From NCBI GenBank assembly GCA_020060565.1, contig JAGVAE010000002.1, positions 85,036 to 149,035 of the forward strand: DNA of 64,000 nt, read 5' to 3'. The stretch comes from Candidatus Woesebacteria bacterium. Its GTDB lineage: Bacteria > Patescibacteriota > Microgenomatia > UBA8517. Below are positions 35,899 through 46,032 of this stretch, piece by piece (position 1 is the first letter of the stretch; each line of letters starts with the position of its first letter). The notes under the pieces were generated by a model that had not been told where the DNA came from, searched no databases, and saw nothing but the letters and a program-made list of their open reading frames with translations. The position numbers and the translations under genes are program-made.

Positions 35899-36353
35899 AG
35901 AACGAAAAAATTCTAAAAGAGTTGACAGACGAACTGTTAAAACTGATGGCAACTCACGCTTCAGCGGAAGTTTCATACGACAAATCCAACGAGAGCTATG
36001 TGGTTAATATAGATGGAAAGGACGAAACAGGGCTTTTAATTGGTAAAAAAGGAGAAACACTTCTAAGTCTACAAACAATACTTGGAATACTTCTTAAAGG
36101 TAAAACGGGGGAGTGGGAGAGAGTTACCGTCAACGTTGGAGACTATCTTGAAAAAGAAGAGGAGTATCTTAAAAATTTAGCAGTTAACACTGCTTCTCGT
36201 GCAAAAGAAACCAAAGAGCCACAAAGCCTTTATAACCTAAAACCATTTCAGAGAAGAATTATACATATGGTTCTTTCAGAAGACAAAGAAATAGTTACAG
36301 AGTCAGTGGGGGAGGGTGAAGAGAGATATTTAGTTGTGAAAGCTTCAAAATAG
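35895..36353 (+). CDS. jag: Jag/KhpB RNA-binding protein (KH + R3H).
   Basis: GLLIGKKGETLLSLQTIL KH-like motif and a C-terminal R3H-like region. Lies downstream of yidC. Confidence 0.65.
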   Translation: MKNEKILKELTDELLKLMATHASAEVSYDKSNESYVVNIDGKDETGLLIGKKGETLLSLQTILGILLKGKTGEWERVTVNVGDYLEKEEEYLKNLAVNTASRAKETKEPQSLYNLKPFQRRIIHMVLSEDKEIVTESVGEGEERYLVVKASK

Positions 36354-36369
36354 AGTAAAATCCAGTTAA

Positions 36370-37602
36370 GTGATTAGACGGATTAAATTAATTGAATATT
36401 ATTTTGTTATTCTTTTGTTGTTTTTGTTGCCAACACAGCTTGCTTATCATTTTTGGCCCCCCTGGTCATTTGTATTTGGTATAAGGATTGATCTACTTTC
36501 ACCATCAATTTATTTTACTGATTTACTGGTCTTAATATTGGTTGCTCTTAATTTAGAAATCATTAAAAAATACAAGAAATACTTTTGTTTAATCTTAGTC
36601 TTTGCATTTATCAATTCATTTTTTTCAGCATTGCCTCTATTAAGTCTTTATAAATGGTTAAAAATTGTAGAGTTTGTCTTTGTGATTATTTATTTTGTAC
36701 AGGTAAAGGCGATTAGCCTTTCGTTACTGGTCAATACACTTTTTTATTCATTAGTGTTTTTTTCCCTGATTGGAATAGCCCAATTTGTTAATAGAGGAAC
36801 AGTTGGGGGAATTCTATATTACCTTGGAGAGAGAAGTTTTAGTCAATCTACACCAGGAATTGCTCTAATTGCACTTAATGGGGTGGAATACATGAGGGCC
36901 TATTCTACATTTTCTCACCCAAATTCACTCGCGGGTTTTTTAGGGGCAGGGATCTTGTTTGTACTTTTGAGTGGAAAACTTAAGAAGAATTTTTTTAATA
37001 TTTTAGGAGTTTTTTTAATTCTTACTTGTTTTGTTTTATCTTTTTCACTTTCTAGTTATTTGGGAATATTTTTTGTTTTTTCATTCTATTTATTTTCAAA
37101 AAATAAAAACATTTTTACTAAATTAGTGCTTGTCTCGTTTTTTGTTTTTATGCTAAGTAGTTTACTTTTTCCGGTTATTTCTCCTTGGGTACTTAATAAC
37201 TTTTCAAAAATTGGACAAAACATTGTTCAAAGAATTGATTTGGCATATATATCTGGACAAATGATTGGTCAAAGATTTTTGATAGGCCAGGGGTTGGGTA
37301 CTTTTATTGCTAACATACCCACATATAAGGGGATATACACATACTCTTGGCTGCTTCAGCCTGTACATAATATTTTTCTTTTAATTTTTTCAGAGATTGG
37401 AGTGTTTGGGCTATTGGCATTTTACTTTTTGGTAAGTAAAACATTAAAAACATTGGTAAAGTATAGAAGACTTTATCTTCTACTTTCTTTAATATATCTA
37501 TTGTTTACAGGACTTTTTGACCATTACTCACTAACACTTCAACAGAACTTGCTTCTTTTTAGTATCTTCATAGGAATTTCTTTTCGTGCTAAAATAGCCT
37601 GA
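36370..37602 (+). CDS. O-antigen ligase/polymerase-like (Wzy_C family) polytopic membrane protein.
   Basis: About 12 TM helices. HNIFLLIFSEIGVFGL resembles the Wzy_C H-N-x-x-L…E-x-G motif. Confidence 0.4.
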   Translation: MIRRIKLIEYYFVILLLFLLPTQLAYHFWPPWSFVFGIRIDLLSPSIYFTDLLVLILVALNLEIIKKYKKYFCLILVFAFINSFFSALPLLSLYKWLKIVEFVFVIIYFVQVKAISLSLLVNTLFYSLVFFSLIGIAQFVNRGTVGGILYYLGERSFSQSTPGIALIALNGVEYMRAYSTFSHPNSLAGFLGAGILFVLLSGKLKKNFFNILGVFLILTCFVLSFSLSSYLGIFFVFSFYLFSKNKNIFTKLVLVSFFVFMLSSLLFPVISPWVLNNFSKIGQNIVQRIDLAYISGQMIGQRFLIGQGLGTFIANIPTYKGIYTYSWLLQPVHNIFLLIFSEIGVFGLLAFYFLVSKTLKTLVKYRRLYLLLSLIYLLFTGLFDHYSLTLQQNLLLFSIFIGISFRAKIA

Positions 37603-38027
37603 TGGAAAAAAATGAAATTGTAATACACACCGATGGGGGATCTCGTGGAAACCCGGGACCGGCGGCGTGTGCATTTGTCGTTGAAAAAGATGGCAAAGAA
37701 GTTTTTAAATCTGCAAAATTTTTAGGAATCCAAACTAATAATTATGCTGAATACCGGGGTGTTATCTTGGCATTGGAATGGCTATCAAGTCAACCATTCA
37801 ACAATATGACCAATTTGTCAATCGTTTTTTTCCTCGACTCAGAATTAATTGTTAAACAAATTAATGGAATATACAAAGTTAAGGATGAAGGATTAAGAAA
37901 TCTTTTTTTTGAAACAATAACACTTATGAATAAGATTGCTGGTATTTTTGTTTTCAAAAATATTCCTAGAGAGAAAAATAAAATTGCAGATTTTTTGTTA
38001 AACGAAGAACTGGATAAATTTTGTTAA
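37602..38027 (+). CDS. rnhA: Ribonuclease HI.
   Basis: IHTDGGSRGNPGPAACAFVV and NNYAEYRGVILALEW are RNase H catalytic motifs. Confidence 0.8.
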   Translation: MEKNEIVIHTDGGSRGNPGPAACAFVVEKDGKEVFKSAKFLGIQTNNYAEYRGVILALEWLSSQPFNNMTNLSIVFFLDSELIVKQINGIYKVKDEGLRNLFFETITLMNKIAGIFVFKNIPREKNKIADFLLNEELDKFC

Positions 38028-38142
38028 ATGTCTTCGGGTAAGTTTTTGTGTGAAAGTTTCACGTCCTGTTTTAGGTACGGATACTTTAAAAAAAATTTTG
38101 TAAATTTAAAATCTTCTTCTTTGCGGTAAAATAGTTAGAGAC

Positions 38143-40779
38143 ATGAACAGTGAATCAAAAATTCAAGTAGTTCTTTTTTCTGACCCAAATTTTTTGGCGA
38201 TTAATATTCTAGAAATTTTACTTTCTAAAAATTGTAAGGTATTTGTGGTGTCAGATAATGAAGTAGTTTGGAAGGAAAGAATCAAAAATTTAGCAAATAC
38301 TTCAAACTTTTCGGTGATAAACACAGATGACTATAAAAGTCTTGAAAATTTTTCCTATGCAGTTTTTTGTGGGGGCTATATCAACAAGAAAACTTTATTA
38401 ACAGATTTTAAAAAGTTCAACTCTAACAAAAATTTTGGAAAAGCAAAGACGCTAGCAATTTTTCCCTTTGAAACCTTTTCCTATAAAAACAGTGATCGAA
38501 TCGCTATAAGTGATAATGCTGGAATAATTTATACAGGAGATTTAATGGGACCAAGAATTGATCTTGATAGCAATCTTCTTTTACCAACTTTAATTTGTGA
38601 GATGTTTGAAAAAGGGACTTTAACTTTGGGGGTGGGAGAAATTTTTTATCCAGTTTTTGTTGCTGATGTGGCCAAAACAATAGTTAAATGGTTATTGTCA
38701 TTTGGTCCATATGGAAAGGAAATTTTTCTTCTAGGTCGACAGCTATCAAGTGGAGATTTTTGGAAAAAAAATCTTAAAATTTTTCCAGATTTAAAGATTT
38801 TTTATGATACCGAAGTAGAGACCAGGTTTCTCCCAAAAAATTATGAGATTATTTTAATAAACTCCAATCTTAATATATGTTTTAATGAAACTTATAAATG
38901 GTTGATTCAGCAAAATGCCATTTTTTCTCAACCAAAGAGAAAGATGGGTTTAAATACAAAAACTAGAGAGAAAAAGACAAAATCTATAAAATACAAATTT
39001 TTGCGTCCATATGTTTTGTCATTACTATTTCTTCTAATTCTGCCAGTTCTAACATCTTTAATTTCTGGAGGACTTCTTTATTTATCTTTTAGACAATTTT
39101 TATCAGAAAAGACTGATAGCGCAAAGACTTTTTCTTATGTTGCAAAGACAACGTTCTCAATAGGAAAAAAAGTAAGCGACATCTTTAGTTACATTCCATT
39201 AGCGGGAAGGATTTATAAGGAAATGTCTTACATTTCCTTGACCGGAGAGATTTCATCAGATTTAATGGCTACCGTAATTCCAGCTGCAGAGAGCGGAAGA
39301 GAGATAATGACAGGGATACTAGGGACTGGAATATATGATGTTAATAAACCCGCATTGCAAATAAAGTCTAGTTTAGATTACATGTACCAAAAAATATCTA
39401 TTTTCCATGTAACTACTCAAGACAATGCAAACGGTGGTGTTTACGCTGCTCAGCAGATGCTTCAGCTGGTAGATTTTAACAGATTAAAAACATATACCAA
39501 AGAAGGTGGAATTTTAATATCGAATTTACCTTCAATTCTAGGAAGCGGCAACCCTAAAAATTACCTGATTTTATTTCAGAATAATATGGAACTTAGACCC
39601 ACGGGAGGGTTCATTGGTTCTTATGGTGTAGCTAATTTTGGAGGTGGAAAAATGAACGGATTGGCCATAAATGACATATATTCAGCCGATGGACAACTCA
39701 AGGGTCACGTTGAGCCACCCCTTCCTATAAAAAATTATTTAAATGAAGCAAATTGGTGGTTTAGAGATAGTAACTGGAATCCAGATTTTCCAACCTCAGC
39801 AGAACGGGCCGAATGGTTTTTAAACAAAGAAATGGACCAAAAAGTGGATGGGGTAATAGCCGTCGATCTTACCCCAATCAAAAACATAATTGAATATACG
39901 GGATCAATATTTTTACCTGATTATAATTTAACAATATCGTCTAACAATTTTTATGAAAAAACCCAAGAAGAAGCGCAGGCAAATTTCTTTCCTGGTTCAA
40001 GAAAGAAAGCTAGTTTTTTAACTGCTCTTTCTAGAACGCTTATATCTGAGTTGGGCAAAATGAATTCTAAAAATCAATTATTTGTATTAAAAGCTTTTTA
40101 TAAAAACCTAACCAACAGACATATTCAGATATATTTACACGATAAAAATTCTGCAGAAGCATTAAACAAACTTGGGTGGGATGGCAAAATGCAAACTTAT
40201 TCTTGTGGATCTAATTGCTTCTCAGATTTTTTTGGTGGGGTTGAAGCAAACGTTGGTGTTAACAAAGCTAACTATTTCGTAAAAAGAGAATTTGATTTTG
40301 GTGTGGAAATGGATTCACAAAAAATAAAAAGAAATTTAGTAATAAGTTTAGAAAATTCTGCTAATCCAGCATTGGGTCTGGCTGGGGTTTATAAAACCTA
40401 TTTAAGAGTAATGGTTCCAACCGATGCATATTTGATCAGCGTAAAAAAGATAAGTGGTCAAAATGTCAAAAACCTTACTCCTGAGATAACCCAAGAAAAA
40501 GGGAGACAAGAAGTAGGGGTTCTGGTTGAGGTCAGTCCAAAATCTAAAGATCAAATTATTTTTGAATGGCAGAACACACTTCCTGAGGAAACCCCAATAA
40601 ACAGCTATGGACTATATATTAGAAAACAATCAGGTGTGGGGGAGGATTCGTTATCAATAAAATTCAAGGGAATTGGTAAATTGGTAAGTAGTCCGATCTT
40701 TTCCTTGACCCAAGAGGGTGAATACAGCTATAATACGATTCTGGACAAAGACTTCTTCGCAAGGTTGTCTTGGAAATAA
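38143..40779 (+). CDS. Large membrane-anchored extracytoplasmic protein (possibly DUF4012-like).
   Basis: 878 aa, with a TM helix near residue 290 (LSLLFLLILPVLTSLISGGLLYL) and a conserved-looking core ELRPTGGFIGSYGVANFGGG…AVDLTP. Confidence 0.35.
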   Translation: MNSESKIQVVLFSDPNFLAINILEILLSKNCKVFVVSDNEVVWKERIKNLANTSNFSVINTDDYKSLENFSYAVFCGGYINKKTLLTDFKKFNSNKNFGKAKTLAIFPFETFSYKNSDRIAISDNAGIIYTGDLMGPRIDLDSNLLLPTLICEMFEKGTLTLGVGEIFYPVFVADVAKTIVKWLLSFGPYGKEIFLLGRQLSSGDFWKKNLKIFPDLKIFYDTEVETRFLPKNYEIILINSNLNICFNETYKWLIQQNAIFSQPKRKMGLNTKTREKKTKSIKYKFLRPYVLSLLFLLILPVLTSLISGGLLYLSFRQFLSEKTDSAKTFSYVAKTTFSIGKKVSDIFSYIPLAGRIYKEMSYISLTGEISSDLMATVIPAAESGREIMTGILGTGIYDVNKPALQIKSSLDYMYQKISIFHVTTQDNANGGVYAAQQMLQLVDFNRLKTYTKEGGILISNLPSILGSGNPKNYLILFQNNMELRPTGGFIGSYGVANFGGGKMNGLAINDIYSADGQLKGHVEPPLPIKNYLNEANWWFRDSNWNPDFPTSAERAEWFLNKEMDQKVDGVIAVDLTPIKNIIEYTGSIFLPDYNLTISSNNFYEKTQEEAQANFFPGSRKKASFLTALSRTLISELGKMNSKNQLFVLKAFYKNLTNRHIQIYLHDKNSAEALNKLGWDGKMQTYSCGSNCFSDFFGGVEANVGVNKANYFVKREFDFGVEMDSQKIKRNLVISLENSANPALGLAGVYKTYLRVMVPTDAYLISVKKISGQNVKNLTPEITQEKGRQEVGVLVEVSPKSKDQIIFEWQNTLPEETPINSYGLYIRKQSGVGEDSLSIKFKGIGKLVSSPIFSLTQEGEYSYNTILDKDFFARLSWK

Positions 40780-40805
40780 GCAAAGCTTGGTTATGAACTA
40801 AAAAA

Positions 40806-41486
40806 ATGGATAAAAAAACACTAAATGCTGAAGAAAGAAAACTAGAGGGAAGAAAGGTTAAGACCTTAAGAACACAAGGGTATTTACCCGGAAATGTCTA
40901 TGGTAAAAAAGTAAAATCTCAATCGGTTCAGGTAAACAAAAAGGAGTTTGAAACAATATATAACGAGGTTGGGGAGACGGGACTTATTTCTCTTAAACTT
41001 AAAAAAGAGGAACTTCCTGTTCTTGTTTCCAACGTTCAAAAACACCCCATTACTGACGAATTTATACACGTCGATTTTCGTCAAGTTGATCTTAAAACTA
41101 AAGTTACAGCTGAAGTTCCAATTGAAGTAATTGGGGAGTCCCCTGCAGAGAAACAAGCAATAGGAACGGTTGTCCAATACCTTAATGAAGTTGAGGTTGA
41201 GGCTCTTCCAACAGATCTTCCAGAGAAGTTTGAAGTAGATACATCAAACCTTGCTGAGGTAGACCAAGCTATTTATGTTAAAGATCTAAAGGTTGATGTC
41301 ACAAAGATTGAAATCAGGACTGGTGCAGACGAAATAGTTGTTAAAGTAGAACCCCCACAAAAAGAAGAAGTAATTGAAGTACCAGTTGCTGCTGAAGGTG
41401 AAGTTCCAGCAGAAGGATCACCAGCACCTGAAGGTGAAGTTCCAGCAGAAGGATCAGAAACTCCAAAAGAAGAACCTAAGGCTTAA
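40806..41486 (+). CDS. rplY: 50S ribosomal protein L25 / general stress protein Ctc, with an acidic repeat C-terminal extension.
   Basis: The N-terminus LNAEERKLEGRKVKTLRTQGYLPGNVYGK is typical of L25. The C-terminus carries EGEVPAEGS repeats. Confidence 0.8.
   Translation: MDKKTLNAEERKLEGRKVKTLRTQGYLPGNVYGKKVKSQSVQVNKKEFETIYNEVGETGLISLKLKKEELPVLVSNVQKHPITDEFIHVDFRQVDLKTKVTAEVPIEVIGESPAEKQAIGTVVQYLNEVEVEALPTDLPEKFEVDTSNLAEVDQAIYVKDLKVDVTKIEIRTGADEIVVKVEPPQKEEVIEVPVAAEGEVPAEGSPAPEGEVPAEGSETPKEEPKA
41394..41456 (+). repeat. Tandem duplication with a 36-nt period inside the rplY 3' end.
   Basis: GAAGGTGAAGTTCCAGCAGAAGGATCA occurs at 41394..41420 and at 41430..41456. Confidence 0.5.
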
Positions 41487-41748
41487 TAATATAATTAGGA
41501 TCAATTTCGTTTGCTTTATCAATTCTTTCTATTTCAATCCAACCGGGAATGTAATCCGGATGTTTACTTAAAAAGTTTTGCCAAAAAATATCTTCTTTGT
41601 TTTGTGTCTCAGCTCCTAATACCTTAACATCCACATCTACCGGTTTTAAATATGTATCAATATTTATTGAAGCTAAAAGAAGAATAAAAAGAAAAAGTAT
41701 ATAAAAAAAGATCTCAATGGCGGCGTTATTGACCTTCTTGGCAGACAT
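41476..41748 (-). CDS. Small hypothetical membrane protein.
   Basis: 90-aa ORF with one hydrophobic helix. Weak call. Confidence 0.2.
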   Translation of the reverse strand: MSAKKVNNAAIEIFFYILFLFILLLASINIDTYLKPVDVDVKVLGAETQNKEDIFWQNFLSKHPDYIPGWIEIERIDKANEIDPNYIIKP

Positions 41749-42294
41749 GTGTTAATGTTAAATATAGACATGAATCCAGACAATAACAACCCACAAAGTA
41801 CAAACTCAAATTTAGAAAAACTTGAGCAAGATCTTGATAAGTTGACCCAGGAAGCTGCATCAACAACTCAACCCGAAAGCAATACTCCAGTTCAACCTCA
41901 ACCCACTCAACCTATGCCGCAACCAGCCCAACCAATCGAGATCCCACCAGTTTCGCCAGAACCAATGGCAGATCCAGTTCAACCTATTCAGACACCACCG
42001 GCTGCACCAGACGTTCCCGTTGAAGGGGCTAAGAAGGGATCGTCTCTAATGGCTGTTGCTATGACGCTTTTAATTATTGCAATTGTGGTAGCTGTTGGAT
42101 ATGTTGCCTATACAAAGTTTTTTGTGACACCTTCGACACCCGCAGTAGTTGTACCAATACAAACCCCAACAGAAATTCCATTGCCAATTATTACACCACA
42201 AGCCACAGAATCAGCAATACCAACAGCAACCGAATCAGCCCTTCCTTCTGCGTCGCCATCTGCAAGTTCTACGCCTTCGGCCACTCCGCAGTAA
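41749..42294 (+). CDS. Pro/Gln-rich low-complexity protein with a single TM helix.
   Basis: 181 aa. PQP/PT-rich regions flank LMAVAMTLLIIAIVVAVGYVAY. Confidence 0.3.
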   Translation: MLMLNIDMNPDNNNPQSTNSNLEKLEQDLDKLTQEAASTTQPESNTPVQPQPTQPMPQPAQPIEIPPVSPEPMADPVQPIQTPPAAPDVPVEGAKKGSSLMAVAMTLLIIAIVVAVGYVAYTKFFVTPSTPAVVVPIQTPTEIPLPIITPQATESAIPTATESALPSASPSASSTPSATPQ

Positions 42295-44320
42295 TCAGAA
42301 GACCTTTATTTCCCATCTCATGCCATATTTGTTCTGTGACAAATGGCATAAAAGGATGAAGGAGTTTAAGATAAACATTTAAACCTTTTTCTAATTGTTG
42401 TCTATTAATTTTTCCTTGTTTTGCTTCTTCAATATTTTTATTGCAGAAAACTCCCCAAAACTGGCCAAAAAGATACTCAGCTGCATTACTTAATTTATAC
42501 TTATCCAAAAAGTTTGTAGTAATTTCTGTCGCTTGAGTCAGGCCAGTACTAAACAGATCAGCGTCTTTTGCAGATTCTGTTCCTTCAAAGTTTTTTATAA
42601 ATCGTGCAGCGTTCCAAATTTTATTTGCAAATTTTCTCTGAGCATTAATGTTTTCTTCCGAGAGGGCTACATCGTTTTCAATCAAAGCTCCCCAAAGAAG
42701 TCCCATGCGTAGTGCATCAGCACCGTATTTATCTGCCATTTCAATAGGATCAATTACATTCCCCTTACTCTTACTTATCTTTTGTCCTTCTTTATCTCTT
42801 ACAAGTCCATGTAATAAAATATTTTCAAAAGGGGTTTTTCCTGTCACATAAATTCCCAACATTAACATCCTTATTACCCAAAAAGGAAGAATATCATAAC
42901 CCGTTTCCATAACACTTGTTGGATAGAACTTTTCAAAATCACCCTCCGTTGTTGTTTGTAATGTGGCAAAAGGCCATTGACCTGAAGAAAACCAAGTATC
43001 AAAAGTATCTGTGTCTTGGGTTAATTTGCTATTACCACACTTATCACATTTTACTGGTGTTTCTCCTTTTGTTATTGTCCATTCATGACATTCTTCACAA
43101 CTCCAGGCTGGGATTCTAATACCCCAAACAATTTGACGGCTTATATTCCAATCTCTTAGATTTTTGAGCCAGTGAATTGCTATTTTTTCATACTTTTTTG
43201 CCACGAATTTTACTTCACCAGATTTAATATTATCCAAAACTTTGTTTGCTAACGGTTCTACTTTGATAAACCACTGAGTAGATATAGTTGGTTCAAGAAT
43301 TGAATGGTCTCTGTAGCAAGTACCAATTGTGTGGTAAATTTTCTCTACCTTTTTAATAAGTCCTGCAGACTCAAGATCTTTCACAACCTCCTTGCGGGCA
43401 ACGGCAGCTTTCATGCCTAGATATTTTTCTGGGCAATTAATCATTTTCCCTTTTTGGTCTATTACACTAATGATCGGAAGTTTATGTGCTTGTCCGATCT
43501 CAAAATCGGCTGCATCATGCGCGGGTGTAATCTTAAGTGCACCCGTTCCAAAATCTTTATCTACCAAATTATCTTCAATTACCGAAACCTCGCGGTTAAT
43601 CAGCGGTATATTTGCGGTTAAACCGACCAATCTTGAATATCTTTTATCTTTCGGATTAACAGCGACAGCAACATCGGCAAAAATTGTTTCAGGTCTTGTT
43701 GTGGCAATGGTAATTGATCCATAGTCAAGATAATAAATATTGTCATCCTGTTCAATGGAATCAACCTCAAGCTGAGAATATGCAGTTCCACATTTTATAC
43801 AGTAATTAACAATGCGCTCACCTCTGTAAACAAGTCCGTCATCGTGTAATTTTTTGAATGTTGAATAAACAACCTTAATTATTTCAGGATCCAAAGTGAA
43901 CTTAAATCTGGACCAATCACACGATGCTCCCAATCTTTTAAGTTGGACCTCCATTACTCCTGTATTCTCATGAACATAATCCCAGATCATTTTGTAAAGA
44001 GTGTCGCGGTCGTAATCAAACCTGCTTTTGTCATTTTTGGCTAATTTCTTTTCAAAAACATATTGGGTTTCAATTCCAGCATGATCACTCCCTGGAAGCC
44101 AGAGGGTTGGTTCCCCTTTCATTCTGTGATAACGGATTAAGACATCCTCAATTGCTACATATCTGGCGTGTCCAATATGAAGAGGGTCATTTGCGTTCGG
44201 GGGAGGCATAATAATAGTAAAAGCCTTACTGTTACCATTTGGTTTAAAAGCATTTGAACCTTCCCATTTTTTATAAATATCACTCTCAAACTTTTTGTGA
44301 TCGTATGTTTTATCCATCAT
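42269..44320 (-). CDS. valS: Valyl-tRNA synthetase-like class Ia aaRS; unusually short at 683 aa.
   Basis: PPPNANDPLHIGHA (PPPN + HIGH), KISKSKGN (KMSKS), and zinc knuckles CIKCG / CDKCG. Confidence 0.7.
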   Translation of the reverse strand: MMDKTYDHKKFESDIYKKWEGSNAFKPNGNSKAFTIIMPPPNANDPLHIGHARYVAIEDVLIRYHRMKGEPTLWLPGSDHAGIETQYVFEKKLAKNDKSRFDYDRDTLYKMIWDYVHENTGVMEVQLKRLGASCDWSRFKFTLDPEIIKVVYSTFKKLHDDGLVYRGERIVNYCIKCGTAYSQLEVDSIEQDDNIYYLDYGSITIATTRPETIFADVAVAVNPKDKRYSRLVGLTANIPLINREVSVIEDNLVDKDFGTGALKITPAHDAADFEIGQAHKLPIISVIDQKGKMINCPEKYLGMKAAVARKEVVKDLESAGLIKKVEKIYHTIGTCYRDHSILEPTISTQWFIKVEPLANKVLDNIKSGEVKFVAKKYEKIAIHWLKNLRDWNISRQIVWGIRIPAWSCEECHEWTITKGETPVKCDKCGNSKLTQDTDTFDTWFSSGQWPFATLQTTTEGDFEKFYPTSVMETGYDILPFWVIRMLMLGIYVTGKTPFENILLHGLVRDKEGQKISKSKGNVIDPIEMADKYGADALRMGLLWGALIENDVALSEENINAQRKFANKIWNAARFIKNFEGTESAKDADLFSTGLTQATEITTNFLDKYKLSNAAEYLFGQFWGVFCNKNIEEAKQGKINRQQLEKGLNVYLKLLHPFMPFVTEQIWHEMGNKGLLITAEWPKA

Positions 44321-44405
44321 TTCTTTTTAAGAAGCTTAAAGACTAAATAGCCACCAACAAACAAAAAGATTGAAACAATAGTTGTTAAGATGGTTAGATC
44401 AGTTG

Positions 44406-45452
44406 TCATGTGTTAATTTTTAAATTTGGAATCCTATCAATTATATCAGGATTTATAAATTCTCCACGAATAGCCTTGAAGCTGGCTGCAATTCCAATCA
44501 TTGCGGCATTATCTCCTGTAAGCCTTTTGGAATAAGGAAAAAGAATGTTTATTCCATATTCTTTACCAAGCTTTCTAAGGCGTTTTCGTAGTTCTATATT
44601 TGCACAGACACCGCCACCAATTAGAAAATGGCTAAATGGTTGATTTGTTGAATGGTTTAAAACGTAAGAAATAACACGAATTAAATGAGTAAAAGCAACG
44701 TCTTGAAAACTGGCGGCAAGATTGTAAATTTTATCTTTGCTTAATGGCTTTTCGGATTCTACCAATCTACTCATGGCGGTTTTTAGACCAGAATATGTAA
44801 ATATCATTCTTTTTTCCTGACCAATTATGGGAATGGGAAGTTTATAAAGGGCTTGCCCTGAGCTTGCCAAACGGGACATCTTTTCCAATATTGCTCCTCC
44901 TGGATATCCCAAACCCAGCATACGAGCGCCTTTATCCAAAGCCTCCCCTAATGCATCGTCTGTGGTTTGTGCTAGTATTTCATATTCTCCAATTTTATTT
45001 ATCTTCACAAGAAGAGTATTTCCGCCAGAAACAACTAAACCTAACATTGGGAATTTAGAATTTAGAATTTTAAATTTAAAATTTGCCAGGGGTGAGAGAA
45101 TATGCGCTTCCAAATGATTAACGGCGATAAGTTTTTTATTGTGTTTTAATGCTAGTTTTTTAGCCCTATCAATTCCCACCCCAAGAGCAATAGAAAGACC
45201 TGGACCAATAGTGACCGCTATACAGTCTAAATTTTCAATTTTTAATTTTGAATTTTTAATAGCGTGATCGATGACCCAGTCGATGCGCTCTTCGTGCATT
45301 CTTTGGGCAAGTGAAGGCATTACACCACCAAATTTGGCATGGAGAGAAGCCTGAGACCAAATTATATTAGAAAGAATATTTGTTCCTTCTGTCACCGCTG
45401 CCGCCGTCTCATCACAACTTGTATCAATTGAAAGAATCTTCATATTAATCAA
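44406..45452 (-). CDS. tsaD: tRNA N6-adenosine threonylcarbamoyltransferase TsaD (Kae1/YgjD family).
   Basis: MKILSIDTSCDETAAAV…, GPGLSIALGVG and LVVSGGNT motifs. The start may be at 45443. Confidence 0.85.
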   Translation of the reverse strand: MINMKILSIDTSCDETAAAVTEGTNILSNIIWSQASLHAKFGGVMPSLAQRMHEERIDWVIDHAIKNSKLKIENLDCIAVTIGPGLSIALGVGIDRAKKLALKHNKKLIAVNHLEAHILSPLANFKFKILNSKFPMLGLVVSGGNTLLVKINKIGEYEILAQTTDDALGEALDKGARMLGLGYPGGAILEKMSRLASSGQALYKLPIPIIGQEKRMIFTYSGLKTAMSRLVESEKPLSKDKIYNLAASFQDVAFTHLIRVISYVLNHSTNQPFSHFLIGGGVCANIELRKRLRKLGKEYGINILFPYSKRLTGDNAAMIGIAASFKAIRGEFINPDIIDRIPNLKINT

Positions 45453-46032
45453 TACTTCTACATTTTAAATAAATTTCTGAGATTGGTGTTGGTTTACTTA
45501 AAATGTCAGATTGGTGAACAAGCCTAGTGACACAATCAGTTATTTCCTCAGTTTTATTGATTGGTGGCTGCCATGGAAGGAAATTTGAATATTTCCAGAT
45601 GGTTAGGTGGGGAGAAAAATGATAAAAGTTGTCTTCATATGGTACATTGGAGTCAATTTGGTATTGGAAATCTTCAATTTGTTTAGAGCACCTAACCTTT
45701 GCTACTATAGCCCCCGGTGATATACAGCGAATGAATAGAGCCTGACTTAGTGCTACCGTTGCCCCGTTTAAATTGTGTAAATTTGTTTCTATAAACTCGT
45801 TTATTTGTATCAGTTTATTTAATCCCGCCCTGTTCCAATAATAAAGTGTAATATGCGGTTCTTTTTTGGAATCAATCTTTCTTAAGCCAATATGTTTGTA
45901 TTTTCTGTACATTTCTGATTTGATATCAGACCATTCTTGTCTCCATCCGTCTGGTATTGGAATGGCAACATAAAGCCCCCTTATTGGGCGTTCACCCTCC
46001 TTCAGATTTTTGCGAAAACTGATTCTCTCCAT
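45445..46032 (-). CDS. 2H phosphoesterase superfamily protein (LigT-like).
   Basis: Two H-x-T-x motifs (HITLYY and HLTIWK), spaced as in 2',5' RNA ligase/CPDase-family proteins. Confidence 0.45.
   Translation of the reverse strand: MERISFRKNLKEGERPIRGLYVAIPIPDGWRQEWSDIKSEMYRKYKHIGLRKIDSKKEPHITLYYWNRAGLNKLIQINEFIETNLHNLNGATVALSQALFIRCISPGAIVAKVRCSKQIEDFQYQIDSNVPYEDNFYHFSPHLTIWKYSNFLPWQPPINKTEEITDCVTRLVHQSDILSKPTPISEIYLKCRSID

Noticed and set aside
45050-45265. AT-rich quasi-repeats (aatttagaatttagaattttaaatttaaaattt and a similar stretch ~180 bp away) inside tsaD that looked like a microsatellite or insertion.
   Set aside because: Both translate in frame to ordinary TsaD segments (FKFKILNSKFPMLG and IKNSKLKIENLDC) at positions where the family has conserved structure. 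This is a low-GC codon-usage effect, not an inserted element.
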